DNA of 63,969 nucleotides, filler included, from Rhabdomonas costata (Eukaryota): the NCBI GenBank assembly GCA_019059605.1. It is 45 parts of 45 records of this genome, joined end to end, with 100 filler letters (N's around TTAATTAATTAA, not from the genome) between each part and the next. Parts side by side here need not be neighbours in the genome. Positions count along the whole stretch, not along the records: positions 51,263 to 52,586 come from JAHMHO010019408.1; positions 52,687 to 54,010 come from JAHMHO010019409.1; positions 54,111 to 55,428 come from JAHMHO010019410.1; positions 55,529 to 56,851 come from JAHMHO010019411.1; positions 56,952 to 58,275 come from JAHMHO010019412.1; positions 58,376 to 59,699 come from JAHMHO010019413.1; positions 59,800 to 61,123 come from JAHMHO010019414.1; positions 61,224 to 62,546 come from JAHMHO010019415.1; 37 more parts are not named here. One strand, written 5' to 3'. A program made the position numbers and the translations under genes. How positions within the stretch are numbered: the stretch's first letter is position 1; every line of letters begins with the position of its first letter. The notes beneath the pieces were generated by a model that was not told the origin of the DNA, did not search any database, and saw nothing but the letters and a program-made list of their open reading frames with translations. Positions 52,417 to 63,969 of the stretch are shown here, one piece after another.

Positions 52417-52686
52417 GTAAGCAAAATTCAGCTGCTGAGCACGGAGGGAGTTTGGGTGTGTGTTGCGCAGCTTTGCGTTGCCATGGATATATGTTCACGG
52501 GCGCCTTGTTTAACTGCTGTCACCACGTCAAAGGACATGGTGACAGCAGTTAAACAAGGCGCCCGTGAACATATATCCACACCAACNNNNNNNNNNNNNN
52601 NNNNNNNNNNNNNNNNNNNNNNNNNNNNNNTTAATTAATTAANNNNNNNNNNNNNNNNNNNNNNNNNNNNNNNNNNNNNNNNNNNN

Positions 52687-54010
52687 TACCGCCAGACTGG
52701 CAAACGCATCGCGAAGCGCAGCGATGGCCTCCACGTGCATGGCCTTCGCGGCGTAGTTCATCGAGGTGCACCCGCTGTCATCCTATGAAAACACCGGACA
52801 GCCAAGATTGACTCCACCCACACGTGCAAGGCAGTATGAGAGAGTGAAAATGTGCCCAGTGAAAAGGAGTGCTGGGCCCCGGACAGCAAAGCTGACGAGC
52901 GTGCCACGAACCTGAAGGTTAGGGTTGGCCTTCGCCAACAGCAGCGCATCCCGGGCACCACCATCCCCTTTCTCCACGGCGTAGTGCAGCGCCGTCTTCC
53001 CCACAGAATCCTGAAGTGGGAGAGAGAAGGGTAGGTGAATGCTGTGTACTGGGAACAAACACACCGCGAATGTCTTGCTTGCCATCCAGTCCTTGCAGGA
53101 CTGAATGCATATTGCGGAGGGTGCGTAACTGTCGCCCTCGCCCGCAGTGGTAGAGCAGCGAAATTGGTCTCAACTACTGCAACGGCGAAAAAGAAGCTGG
53201 AAAGCTGGAGGGTGCCCACCACGTCGCAGCGCAGCATAGCCACCTCAGCACTGGCAGGAAGGATATCCGTTTTGCAAGGGTTTCCCAGCGTCGGGGATGG
53301 CCGGCCGCCAAAAACCACGAAGGAAAACAGTAATGCCAAAGAAGGCACAGACTCGGAGGTCGGGGTTGGCCTTCGCCAACAGCAGCGCATCCCGGGCACC
53401 ACCATCTCCTTTCTCCACGGCGTAGTGCAGCGCCGTCTTGCCCGCGGAGTCCTGCAACCGGATGGGGGAGCAAACGGCAACAAATGGCCTTGCACCTTCC
53501 GAGGAGCCTCTTCTACCGCAGAGATCGGTCAAAATCCACAGTCAGAGAAGTGCATGGGTGTGAGCTGCGTGTGACCGGACGAGTGGAAGCGCACGGGACC
53601 GCGGTCGTGAAGCTCAGCCCCTAAAATGCCTGCAGTCCTGCAGCCTGTCCTGACATATGAGAAACGTGCAAACCCGAAGACAAAAAGACGAAGCCGGGAA
53701 GTCGGGGGGCTTCCCATCTGTAGCAAGCAGTCAGAGTTCTCAGCAAAGTACAATAGCTCGCAAGAGCTTCAAAACACCCTTAGAAGAACCATTCAGGCAA
53801 TAAAACGAATCTTCCGGTTGGCCTACCACCGCGCCAACCTGCAAGTTCAGTGGGGCGTTAGAGTCGATCCAACCCTGCACCACAGAAAGGGGAGCTTTTT
53901 TCTGGATGGCGCAGTGCAGCTCCGTCGTGAGCTCCAGCCCAGGCACGGTCAGAAGCGCACACATCACCTCCCACTGCCCGGCTTGCGCACACGCCAGGGC
54001 CACTCGGCGC
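52687..54010 (-). CDS. Ankyrin-repeat protein, partial; exons 54010-53839, 53451-53353, 53010-52912, 52782-52687
   Basis: DSAGKTALHYAVEKGDGGARDALLLAKANPDLR, DSVGKTALHYAVEKG...NPNLQ and DDSGCTSMNYAAKAMHVEAI; 99-nt phase-0 exons, one repeat each. Confidence 0.92.
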
Positions 54011-54184
54011 NNNNNNNNNNNNNNNNNNNNNNNNNNNNNNNNNNNNNNNNNNNNTTAATTAATTAANNNNNNNNNNNNNNNNNNNNNNNNNNNNNNNNNN
54101 NNNNNNNNNNGGGGTGTGGGAGCCATGTGGAAACTCCTGAGGGGGGGAGGCCATGTGAATACTAGTGCCGACATTTGTACATAC

Positions 54185-54352
54185 GCTGTGGGTGCCGTCG
54201 ATAAACCCTCCGCTGCGCTGGGGAGGCACACAAAAAGGAAGCCGGCAAGGGGCACGGATGGTACCGGCCTGAGGGTGCAAGGACAGGCCACACAGCGTTT
54301 CGGGAGGCCCACTGCACATAGAAAGGACCTGCTTCGGCTTTGCCCTCAGCCG
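54185..54352 (-). repeat. Dispersed repeat, copy 1 (related to 60786-60905 on +)
   Basis: Minus strand TGAGGGCAAAGCCGAAGCAGGTCC...TATGTGCAGTGGGCCTCCCGAAACGCTGTGTGGCCTGTCCTTG...CGACGGCACCCACA. Confidence 0.65.
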
Positions 54353-56150
54353 TCCCCCTGTGATTAATGTTGAGCTCGAAACTGGCTGCAAGCCCCATCG
54401 GGACCGCGCTTTTTGTTTCCAACACTGAAGGGAGCAGCGCCTTGCGCACTGGTCGGTCATCGAGCTGCTGCAAAATTGTCACAAAATCTGTGTGCAACAA
54501 ACCGTCCGTTTGATTTCAAATGCCCTGTTTAAAACTCTTTCATAACTGAACCTATCATCTCAAAATTTCCACACTGCAATAGCAAAGAAACAGAACAGGA
54601 CAATAGGCACGCGATCACAATTCCGGAGTCATCCACCCCCATGCAAAAAAATTGCACTCGGGCGGACATGCCATAAATCCATCATAAGCGGACTTCCAAT
54701 AGCTATGGAACATCAACCAAAACGATACAAAATAAGGAGAAAGAAGAAAAGCCCTGCGCACAGAAAATCTCACAATAGAAGCAGAAATATGTCAGGAAGG
54801 CCGAAGAGGTGGGAAGTGAAGCAGAAAGTAAGGAAGCGATGTGTGCACCCTTCCTCCTGACAGCTTCACCAAGATGTGGCGACAACGGAGTGGGTGAGGG
54901 GAGAAGGAGGTGAAGGAGTGTTTTGGGGTGCCTCTCAATGTTGGTGCACTTTTTCAGTGCGCAGAAGACAGGAGCGAAGAAATGACTTCGTCGGAACCCA
55001 TTCCCCCACGCCCCTTTACGTCTTAGAAACCACTGCTGCAGCAACGCCCGCGCCTGGCGGTGACTGGGGCCACCCCACCAGAAGGGCTCTGTACCCACCA
55101 CAACAACAACATCAACAACAAAAAAGGGCTAGAAAAATAGCAAGCGAACTGCCTCGCTTTCTGCCACTACAGTTCTCATATTGCAGTTCTCTCGGTGGTC
55201 CTTCCAGGCCAGCTCTGGATGGCCCTTTTTAGGCCTGCATACTTTACCTAAGCGTTCGGTCGGAAGTTGCTCAGCATACTGTGTGGTCGCAGATTGCGTC
55301 CTGTGTTCGTTCAGCAGTGCCAATCCACACTCGGCACCAAGACCCCGTGTATCCCAGAGGCGGTCAATTGCACACATGCCCGTTTCTACAAGACGGGATT
55401 TGGCCCTGGTCGTCTTTTCCCCAACAACNNNNNNNNNNNNNNNNNNNNNNNNNNNNNNNNNNNNNNNNNNNNTTAATTAATTAANNNNNNNNNNNNNNNN
55501 NNNNNNNNNNNNNNNNNNNNNNNNNNNNTTTGTTTTGGGGAGAGGATTTGCGACAAGCGCCTAACAGACATGAGAACCTTCACGAATTTCTAGAAGCACA
55601 AAAATCTGTGCTGAAAGGGCCGGAAACCCTATTGGGAAACCCTACTGTTGTACTCGTGTAAAAGCGTTTGACCCATAAAGACAAAAGAAATCAGCTGTTG
55701 AAAAACGAGTCAAAGGGACCCTGTAACTTGGCGTGAAGATGAAGCCCTAGGCTGGGAAGCGGCAAGAAACTCAATTCAGGAGTACCAACATCCCATGCAA
55801 CCGTTCATAACCCGTTTCAAGTCCGGTTTGGTCCGGCTCCGGTTCCAGAGGGCAAGATGTCGTCTATAAATTGGTCTGACGACTTGGGCTGACGACAGTG
55901 GTCCTATTTTGGCATTTGTGGGGTGACTCCTGACGATTGGAGCACGTCTACAGACCGGAAGACAAAGGAAGATTTGCACGTAGGGAAGACCCCCACACAC
56001 GTGGCAAAAAGCAGAATTCAGGTGCAAGTGTCACGGTATTGGAACACAGCACTAATGAATCACGGCCCACCACACAACTGTGTCATCCCCTTGTGCTGTG
56101 TCATGTGGCGAGGATGCGTCACGCAATCATACAGTCGCAATCATACACAC

Positions 56151-56746
56151 CAGACGCCCATGTGGGCGAGCAGATCGTCACGGGGCTGCAGGTAGAAGGG
56201 GCAGCCCGGAGCCATGCAGGCGTTCTGCACAAAGCCTGTCTCCGGGTTGTAGTCCAGTGGGGTAAGATCCACCTCGTGCTCCGCCTTGCCCTTGGTAAGC
56301 AGCAGAGAGAAAGACGTCTTCGCTTCAAAGTTGGGTGTACCATTTTATTTGGAGGAGTGCATGTTCAGTGGCCTTCAATAAGATTTCGTCAGTTCCGAAA
56401 GGAAATCTCCATTTTCAAATTCGAAGTGCAAGGCACACTCTCAGCGCAGTCTCGCACTAATCTCGATTTGCCTTGCGGTCAGCTATTCTCCCCTAAGTTC
56501 ACCCTCTATGCTTTCAGCACCCCCTACCAATGAGCATATGCAAGCAGGTGAACATCTTTTGTATGGCTCCAGCTGCGAAGGTAGTGCAAGTGCAGCACCG
56601 TAAAGCAAAGCCATAAAAAAGAGCCAAAGAGAGACAGCGTGCGTGGTAACCTGAAGTTTAGCCACTTCAGCGCGAAGAGCCGCCTCCGAAAGAGGCAGCA
56701 CAATACGGTGCAATGGCTTGAACCACGCGACGTACCGAGCGCACAC
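56151..56746 (-). CDS. Hypothetical protein with Cys/His cluster; exons 56746-56651 and 56290-56151
   Basis: VCARYVAWFKPLHRIVLPLSEAALRAEVAKLQ|GKAEHEVDLTPLDYNPETGFVQNACMAPGCPFYLQPRDDLLAHMGVW; GT-AG, phase 0. Confidence 0.7.
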
Positions 56747-56971
56747 CTGGGGGTGAGACGATGGGTGTGAAGCAGGCTGAGAAGCCTGCACAAGGCTTAA
56801 CAGCAAAGGAAAAAGAAAAACACAACCCCAAGAGGTGGTGGGGTCTCTCCTNNNNNNNNNNNNNNNNNNNNNNNNNNNNNNNNNNNNNNNNNNNNTTAAT
56901 TAATTAANNNNNNNNNNNNNNNNNNNNNNNNNNNNNNNNNNNNNNNNNNNNGTGGTTGTGTGGATTCTTAG

Positions 56972-58240
56972 GTTAGAGCAGTGGGCGTCCAACAAGTCGC
57001 GCAACGCCTCCTTTCTGATGGACTATGTTGAGGTGAACAAGTACTACGCTACGCTGCGGCAAAGCAGGTCACCGGCTTTCCCCCTCGGATCTGGTTTAGA
57101 AGGTAGTCACTCGCCTCATTCATCAACCTACATGCTGTTTTTTCAGGTTGCAGCGAGAAGCCAAGAAAGTTTGCCAACTCAAAAAAAAAGTAAGCACAAC
57201 TTCAACAGGTCGAAAAAAACTGCGACGCAGAGGTTTGGATAAGGTTCGGTTTCTGACGATCTGGTTTCAGGTGGTGGGGTTCGTTTTTGATCAGAATTGT
57301 GGTCACCGCGATGCCCAGCATGTATGAAGGGGATTCCAGGCTTTGGGAGAGTCTCGCCTCTGGAGCCCTGGTGTTCTGCGACCGAATGCTCACCCCTCAA
57401 CCTCCGGTAGGTGACTGAGCACAGCGTCCCCAACTGCAAGTACAGTGTGCAAACTTGCAAAGGTCCAAAACTACACTTCATTATGGGCCCTGGATGTGTG
57501 GCTAAGTCGAAAAAGATTTCAACAAGCCCAAAATAAACCCTTCACGATGTTGTAACAGGGCAAAGAGATGCAGCCAGAGGCTGGGAAGCTGCCAGTTAAC
57601 TCAACTCAGGAGTATTACCATTTCATCAAGTGGGCCCCAACAGGCCAACTCCGCATCCTCATCTATTATTCACCCAAAGCAACTTTCCTGCTCTCACGCT
57701 GGCCACTGTTGTGGGTACTCTGTCCGAAGTTTGTCCCTGCCCATCCCACCCTGTCGCATAAATCCAACCCATGTCCATCGGTCATGACCCCTTTTCAAAA
57801 TGCAGAGCGGCTATCTCCGTAACTTGCCGCATTGTCGAAACGTGGGTGAAATGTGTTGTGTATCATCGTTACGGAGTCATTTGTCAGGAAGTTCGCCACG
57901 GAGTGCATGCGATATTCTACGACGGGGCCAATGCCACGGACTTTCTCTCGAAGCTGACGTACTACATTGAAAACACTGCCGAGGTTGAGCTTGGTGATTT
58001 TGGTGGGAATTTTTGTCATGCTGTTGACAGCACAACTTAATGGGTCCATTTCTCGATCCACGAAACCCTGGTGGAGCAGCGGATTCTTTTTTGGCTTTCA
58101 CCATTTTCCTCTGCCCCCTTTCCCTCCGACACCCTTTTCTCTGCTGTGCTAAGGCAGCGACCATAGCACACCGAGGCTGGCTGCTTGCCCTTAACTACCA
58201 TCGCGCCCTGAACCGAGCAGACTACATCCTCTGGACAGCG
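56972..58240 (+). CDS. GT-B glycosyltransferase, Glyco_trans_1_2 (CgeB/YkvP-like) C-terminal domain; exons 56972-57067, 57295-57406, 57888-57983, 58154-58240
   Basis: Spliced YYATLRQSRIVVTAMPSMYEGDSRLWESLASGALVFCDRM...HGVHAIFYD...FLSKLTYYIENTAEAATIAHRGWLLALNYHRALNRADYIL; three in-phase GT-AG introns. Confidence 0.85.
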
Positions 58241-58633
58241 GTATGTTATTTCTGGAGACCCCCCCACCCACCCTANNNNNNNNNNNNNNNNNNNNNNNNN
58301 NNNNNNNNNNNNNNNNNNNTTAATTAATTAANNNNNNNNNNNNNNNNNNNNNNNNNNNNNNNNNNNNNNNNNNNNTGTGGTTGGGTTCTGCTTTTTCTGA
58401 TGACCCCGTCAAAGGGAGGACATCACGATTTGTTTGTTTTAGGCCGGAGGGACGGCTTGCTGAGCGCTTGAGCTGAGGACCGGGGAGCCAATATTGGATT
58501 GAATGGCCATCCTGCTGTTCTTGTGTATTACATTTCCTGTCAGATGGCCCTGGCACTCTATCGACGCAAGACTCGTGCTAGTTAGACCTTGTAACCTTTC
58601 GTGTTGAGACTCTGCGTCTTTTTATTTGTTCAG

Positions 58634-59393
58634 CTCAGCGCCTTTCTTCTTTGTGACCCTGTCCTCGGACCGCTACTTGCAGTACTGGGATGCCAACAAA
58701 CTGCTCTACTCTACGGACAAGGTACGTGCGTTTGTGGATAAGAGAATGTTCCACAAATTCTATTGTGGGTCAGTCCCGCGGAAGAGTTTGAGACACAAGA
58801 GATTCTTTTTTGTGTTTCTTTTTCATTACGTCTTTTCCTCTGAATGGTTATACAGCCTGCTTGTATTCATGCTCGAGTACGTTTGGGTTAGTATTCAATT
58901 AGCACGAGCCATGTGTCATTTTCCCCTCCCCTCCCCTTCTCCCCTGGTGGAAAGCCTTCTGAGAGGGTAGTCTCTTCGTGTATTTCTATTTCCTCTTCTT
59001 CTTCTTCTTCTTGCTTTTGTGGCACAGGCCTTCTGCCTAAAGAGCGTGTACGTTGACATTCCGAACACCACTCCACTTGCATGCGACCAGGTGCACTACT
59101 GCGGTGCTGGTGCTGTCCTGTGTGCATTGTGATACCAGATGGAAGTCTGGCCCGACAGATGGAAGTCTGGCCCGACAGAGCTTCTGGCTTTCTATTCTCT
59201 TTTTTCGCTCTTCCAAAAAGAAAAAGGGAAAGGTGATGTGATCGAAATTGGACTTCTGGGGGTGCGGGGCTTTACAGACGCCGGACTGCCGGATGGTTCT
59301 CGTGGTTTGCTCCACGTCGTGGCACCTGTACATCTACAACGAGGCCACCCCATTCTATACTGTGGAAACAGAGGTGGGAGAGACAAGGGTCGG
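58634..59393 (+). CDS. WD40/beta-propeller protein exons (58634-58721, 59028-59090, 59278-~59393), possibly WDR7/72-like
   Basis: FFVTLSSDRYLQYWD...|AFCLKSVYVDIPNTTPLACDQ|TPDCRMVLVVCSTSWHLYIY; WD-ending blade; last donor uncertain. Confidence 0.55.
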
Positions 59394-60785
59394 GTGAGTC
59401 TTCTTTGGATTGGGATTCGGGAATGAATCTACCTTCCTCTTTGCTGCTTTGTTCGAACTCCTTGATGCACGCCCAATAGGTCAAATTGTTTTTTAACCAT
59501 CAAGTGTCTCGCCCCTTTTGAAGGTAACTGTACCTGACAACCTTCCCGTCGCCAGTCCCAGCCCAACTTTCTCATCACCCACACTTGATATCCGCATTTT
59601 CTTTTTATGATCATGACAAGGCCGTCGTTCGTGCACACATAAAAACGCACCCGGTGACCTGCTTCCTGCTGCAATCAGTGGTCATGTACCCACAAACCCN
59701 NNNNNNNNNNNNNNNNNNNNNNNNNNNNNNNNNNNNNNNNNNNTTAATTAATTAANNNNNNNNNNNNNNNNNNNNNNNNNNNNNNNNNNNNNNNNNNNNT
59801 GTTTTTTTTTTTTACAATGCTATATATTATACAGTACAGACAATACACAGCAGAGGGCAACCCGGGCTTTAATACAGGCAACCTTTTTTGTTGACTTTGT
59901 TTATTTTTATACCCTTGCGAAGGTGGGTGAAGATGCAGAAGAGGAGGAGCCTGATGTTTCTGCCTCGAGCGCGGTGGTTGGCTCAGCTGGGAAATAGCGC
60001 TACCCTTCTGACGCATTGGGTCGGAACCTCTGGATGCCTTGCTCGAGATCTTCCGGAACCCCTTTCCCGTTAGCTGAGCCTTGGTGTTGTACATTGGAGA
60101 CAGTATTGGTGGTTGTGACTGTTGTGTGGCAGCTTGCCACCTCCGCTTCATGATGTTATCAGAGGCATCAATTTTGGTGTTTTAAGGAATTTTAAGACCC
60201 TGTAAGACCATCTAAACTGCGTTATTTCCTTCGGCAGCTTTTCTCTGAAACCATTTCACCATCAATCACTGTTTCTTTTGTTTCTTTTGTTGCCTGTGTT
60301 TGTGGCGAGAGGATCCCAGCCGAGGAGCCGAGGATCCCACCCCACTGTTTGTTATGCAAAAGGCAAGGTAAAAGCCTTCCTCTCCTCGCCTTTTGAAGCA
60401 GGTCACAGGAAACTTTTATTGCACTTATCGAACACTGTCCTTCTTCACGAAATTTTCGGTGGTTGGTCTTTCGCCCCCTCCTGTAGGAAGACTCGCTCTT
60501 GTTTCTGTGGGGTGTCTTTGTTGTTTTGAGGAGAATGACCTCCACGGAGGGTGCCTGCCCTTGCAGTGCCATGTTGACCGAAATGAAGCTCGAGCAATAT
60601 GTGAAGTACGTTGTCGTCATTGATCCCCAGGTTGCTGAAAGTGGATAAACCTTTAGATGTATTCCTATTTCTATGGCCTGTGTTGAGGTTCTGTGACGTC
60701 AGTCCCTTCTGAGCTTGCCCGGGTTTTGGTCCTTCCCTTTATGTGCACTATGCTTTTTTTTCAAGGAATTTAACGACAGATAGCA

Positions 60786-60905
60786 GTGAGGGAAGTCGAA
60801 GCAGGCCTAGTGTCTTTTGTATATGCAGCAGGCCTCCGGAAACGCTTCATGGCCTGTCATTGGCGTCAGAAGTTTCACGCGTAGGGTATGCGACCGCACC
60901 CACAA
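60786..60905 (+). repeat. Dispersed repeat, copy 2 (related to 54185-54352 on -)
   Basis: TGAGGGAAGTCGAAGCAGGCC...TATATGCAGCAGGCCTCCGGAAACGCTTCATGGCCTGTCATTG...CGACCGCACCCACA. Confidence 0.65.
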
Positions 60906-62018
60906 CCAATATTCCCCTGTTCCCTTTTATTCCGCTGTGACATGCTGGGATCCCGGATCCTCACAATGTCACGATCGATGCTTGCTTTTTTCTTGCTTTT
61001 TTTTTCAGAGAGATGGAAAACTGCGTGCGTGGCCCTTTCCTCCTCCTTCCCGGCTTTCCTTAGGACTGCCTCCCGTACTCCGTCCTAATTCACGAAGTTC
61101 ACCCCACGGCGGGGCTACGGAGGNNNNNNNNNNNNNNNNNNNNNNNNNNNNNNNNNNNNNNNNNNNNTTAATTAATTAANNNNNNNNNNNNNNNNNNNNN
61201 NNNNNNNNNNNNNNNNNNNNNNNTGGTGGTTTCTCGTTCCCCGGCATCTTCTGCTTGCATCCCTGGGAATATGAGTCTCCCTTGTCATCTTTTAACTGAA
61301 GGAGCAAGGACTGCTGTCAAGCTCAAGCTCGTGCAAGTGCCTAGGCGATGAATTTATACTCACATTAAACCCCACAAACAAATTTTCAGACAATAATGCA
61401 GAGCGTTTTGGGGCAGAAGATGACAAGGGGGACTCATATTCCCAGGGATGCAAGCAGAAGATGCCGGGGAACGAGAAACCATCACAGAGAAAATGATTCA
61501 TGCCGATTCGAATGCAAGGTTCTATTGAAAGAGGCTTTATCGGTCCAATTTGTACTATAAGCACGCGGTTAGCACTCATTATCATTTACGCCTGTTGTGA
61601 ACGAACCCTCAGGGGCAGGAGGTGGAATTCGGCCTGTTGTGGGCATGCATGCACCCCACAACTCTCAGAAGCTGCAGGGTGCACGTGCAAAACAGGCAAA
61701 CTTTTTTTTTGAATTCTAACGTTTTCAGCCTTTCTTCGTGTGCATACCTTGAGCCTGCCCCAAGTTAGAATCGCTTCACATCCATTTCAGTCCCACCAGC
61801 CTTCCAAGGCAAAAATGAGAGCTTGAATTTTGCGGCGGCGCAGGCTGCAGTGAACCGAGACACGCGTCCGAAACAGCCACCCCGCAGTTACAGTCAATCA
61901 TTCCATTCCTCTCCCCTTAAGCACAAGGGGCCCTCCGTATTGGCACGTCCACAAGGCCTTTTCAAGATAAAGTACACAAGGCAAGGGCAGGCGCGCCTGC
62001 CAAACAGGAGCCCTACAC

Positions 62019-62210
62019 CCGTGGAGGTGCCACCACTGTGCTGGGCACCACAGCCCCACCAGTCCCCACGAGGGCAGGTGCTCCAACCGCACTGCCGGCG
62101 GCCTGCAGCTGCTCTACGGTAAGCAGGTCGTCCAGGAGGTCCACCTTGAGCTCATCCACAAAGGCCCGGAAGCAGCGGTACCACTCCTCGGGACCACACC
62201 GGAGACCCCG
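62019..62210 (-). CDS. Hypothetical protein exon, boundaries approximate
   Basis: GC3-rich GPEEWYRCFRAFVDELKVDLLDDLLTVEQLQAAG. Confidence 0.45.
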
Positions 62211-63969
62211 CGGCAGAGCGGGCAGTGCAGGCGGGGGAAAGGCTAAGGGCATGTGAGTGAGTGAGTGAGTGTGTGTGTGTGTGTGATGCATGGCACGTTG
62301 GCCGTATGGCGACTTTCAGTTGATGAGCGCTGCGGTTTGACGCGCGCCCGCGCCTGTGAGACGTACTTAAAGAAAAGCGCAGCGACACGGGGCCGAAAAA
62401 AATGTTCACCACCCCATCATAAGACTGGATGGTCATGTGCAATCAGGCAATTAGGCAACCTTTCTGGAACCCAATGCAAAATTCTTGAAATGCTTCAAAA
62501 ACATGTCAACACTGACGTGGCCACCCCCCACCAAACACACCCACACNNNNNNNNNNNNNNNNNNNNNNNNNNNNNNNNNNNNNNNNNNNNTTAATTAATT
62601 AANNNNNNNNNNNNNNNNNNNNNNNNNNNNNNNNNNNNNNNNNNNNGGTTGGGACAGCTTTGCTTGTGGTTGCGGTGTGCAGTTTGTTTAGAAAGGAACC
62701 CACGGTTTTCGGAGAGTTTGGGGTCACACTCCCAAGGCAGTTTCCCGCTTCTAGTGCGAGTGCAGAGGCGCGCGCTCCTATTCTGTGCATTGCTTTATTG
62801 CTTCGGGCGTTCTAAACCATGCAAGAAACTGACGGCAGTTACACTTTGTACTGAATTCCGTCGTAGCTTTTGTGTCGCCCCTGAACATTCCAACCGACCT
62901 GTCACATTTCGGTGCAGATTCGCAGTGAATACTCTTCAGCATAATCAGGAAAGGTTGACCAGTGTGGGCGTTCGCGAATGTATACTCTGCGATCCAAAGC
63001 CTGAAAGCAGTGCTGTAGGACTCTCCGCGCGGGTACAAAGCCTTCGCCCGTCTTAGGTCTGGTACAGGGCTGTCAGCGTTTTCTTCAATTTCTCTTCTTT
63101 TCGTCTTTCTGTAAATCGCACAAACGTATACAAATAAGTCAAGCAAGAAAGAGGTTTTGTCCATCGAGTGGATCGCCGACCTTTCCATTGCCCGGAAAAT
63201 CTCGTGGTGTATACTCCAGCTCTGTCTGCGCTGTGGTTGTGCGTTTTTTCTACCACAGTCACAGGGGATGCCTGAGCACGGGGCCCCTCCCGAGGGTACC
63301 GCCACCTTTGACGGCATCCCGAACCCGGAGTCCCCTCGCCCGGGGATGGGGTGTGCAACTTGCCATTGTTTTTTTTCGCTTTCTCATCAAGTTGAACTTC
63401 GGCCGCAATCGGGGGCAGCCTCGCGTCATCCAATTACTACAGGAACTTACAGGGCAGGAGAAGAGTGGGCATTGGCTACCCGTTACCCAATTAACTTGCA
63501 ACCAGTGGTAACAGTGGAAGGTTGTGAGCGGTTCCATGGCAGTTCGCTGTTCGTAACGTGACCCACTCACTCGACCAATACAACGTATCAGGAGCAGTGC
63601 GGCGCCTCTTTCCTAAGAGAGCAGGGAGACCCTTCTCCCATCGAACTGTCCTCCCTATTTTTAATTAAACTTGTGTTTTTGTAAGGATTTCCTCAGTCAT
63701 TCCAGGTCAGCACCGGACTGACGATTGTAAAGCAGTCATCGCTCCCCCCCCCGTGTCTTTTCTTCACCAGGCATTGCCTGTAACTCTCAGCTGTTCGCAC
63801 GCCGCCTTGTAACTGACCTGCCATTCTCTCTGACCACACATCTTTTGAGCCCCCCTCTACCAAACACACACACAAATACACACACACACTCTCTCGCTGT
63901 GACCAACCATGCGGTGGCCCAGAGGCAGTAAGACGGGCCCTGCGGAACCCAGCGAGTCCACCACAACCC

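Noticed and set aside
1326..62646. Regularly spaced TTAATTAATTAA repeats as a CRISPR-like or biological array
   Set aside because: Embedded in N runs; it is an artificial six-frame-stop linker. ORFs ending in X...LIN are artefacts.
1..63969. rRNA, tRNA, spliced-leader RNA, CRISPR arrays, alternative genetic code
   Set aside because: None recognised by eye; reconstructed host exons translate cleanly with the standard code. Small RNAs could be missed without covariance searches.

Overview
This window is not a contiguous locus. It is about 45 unrelated contigs of ~1.32-1.34 kb, joined by an artificial 100-nt spacer (N44-TTAATTAATTAA-N44, stops in all six frames), so adjacency across spacers means nothing. 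Contig ends carry G/T-only or A/C-only tails and short fold-back inversions, typical of degenerate-primer whole-genome amplification. Most contigs come from an intron-rich eukaryote, probably a euglenozoan/euglenid (inferred from the ARF sequence and splice-donor pattern). I reconstructed spliced fragments of: an M49/DPP III-like peptidase, an archaeal-type and possibly tandem purine phosphoribosyltransferase, a J-domain protein, ARF, an inositol polyphosphate kinase, a CRAL-TRIO protein, an ATM1/ABCB7-like transporter, a GT-B glycosyltransferase, and ankyrin, WD40 and LRR proteins. Transposon relics include CRE-type non-LTR, Ty3/gypsy gag, Merlin/IS1595 and a Helitron-like helicase. The most unusual piece is one very AT-rich, intronless contig (11407-12730) with a GNAT-like ORF and a decayed IS5-type transposase, which looks like giant-virus or endosymbiont DNA. 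I found no convincing complete novel multi-gene system; fragmentation prevents seeing one. All family calls come from reading motifs, not from database searches.
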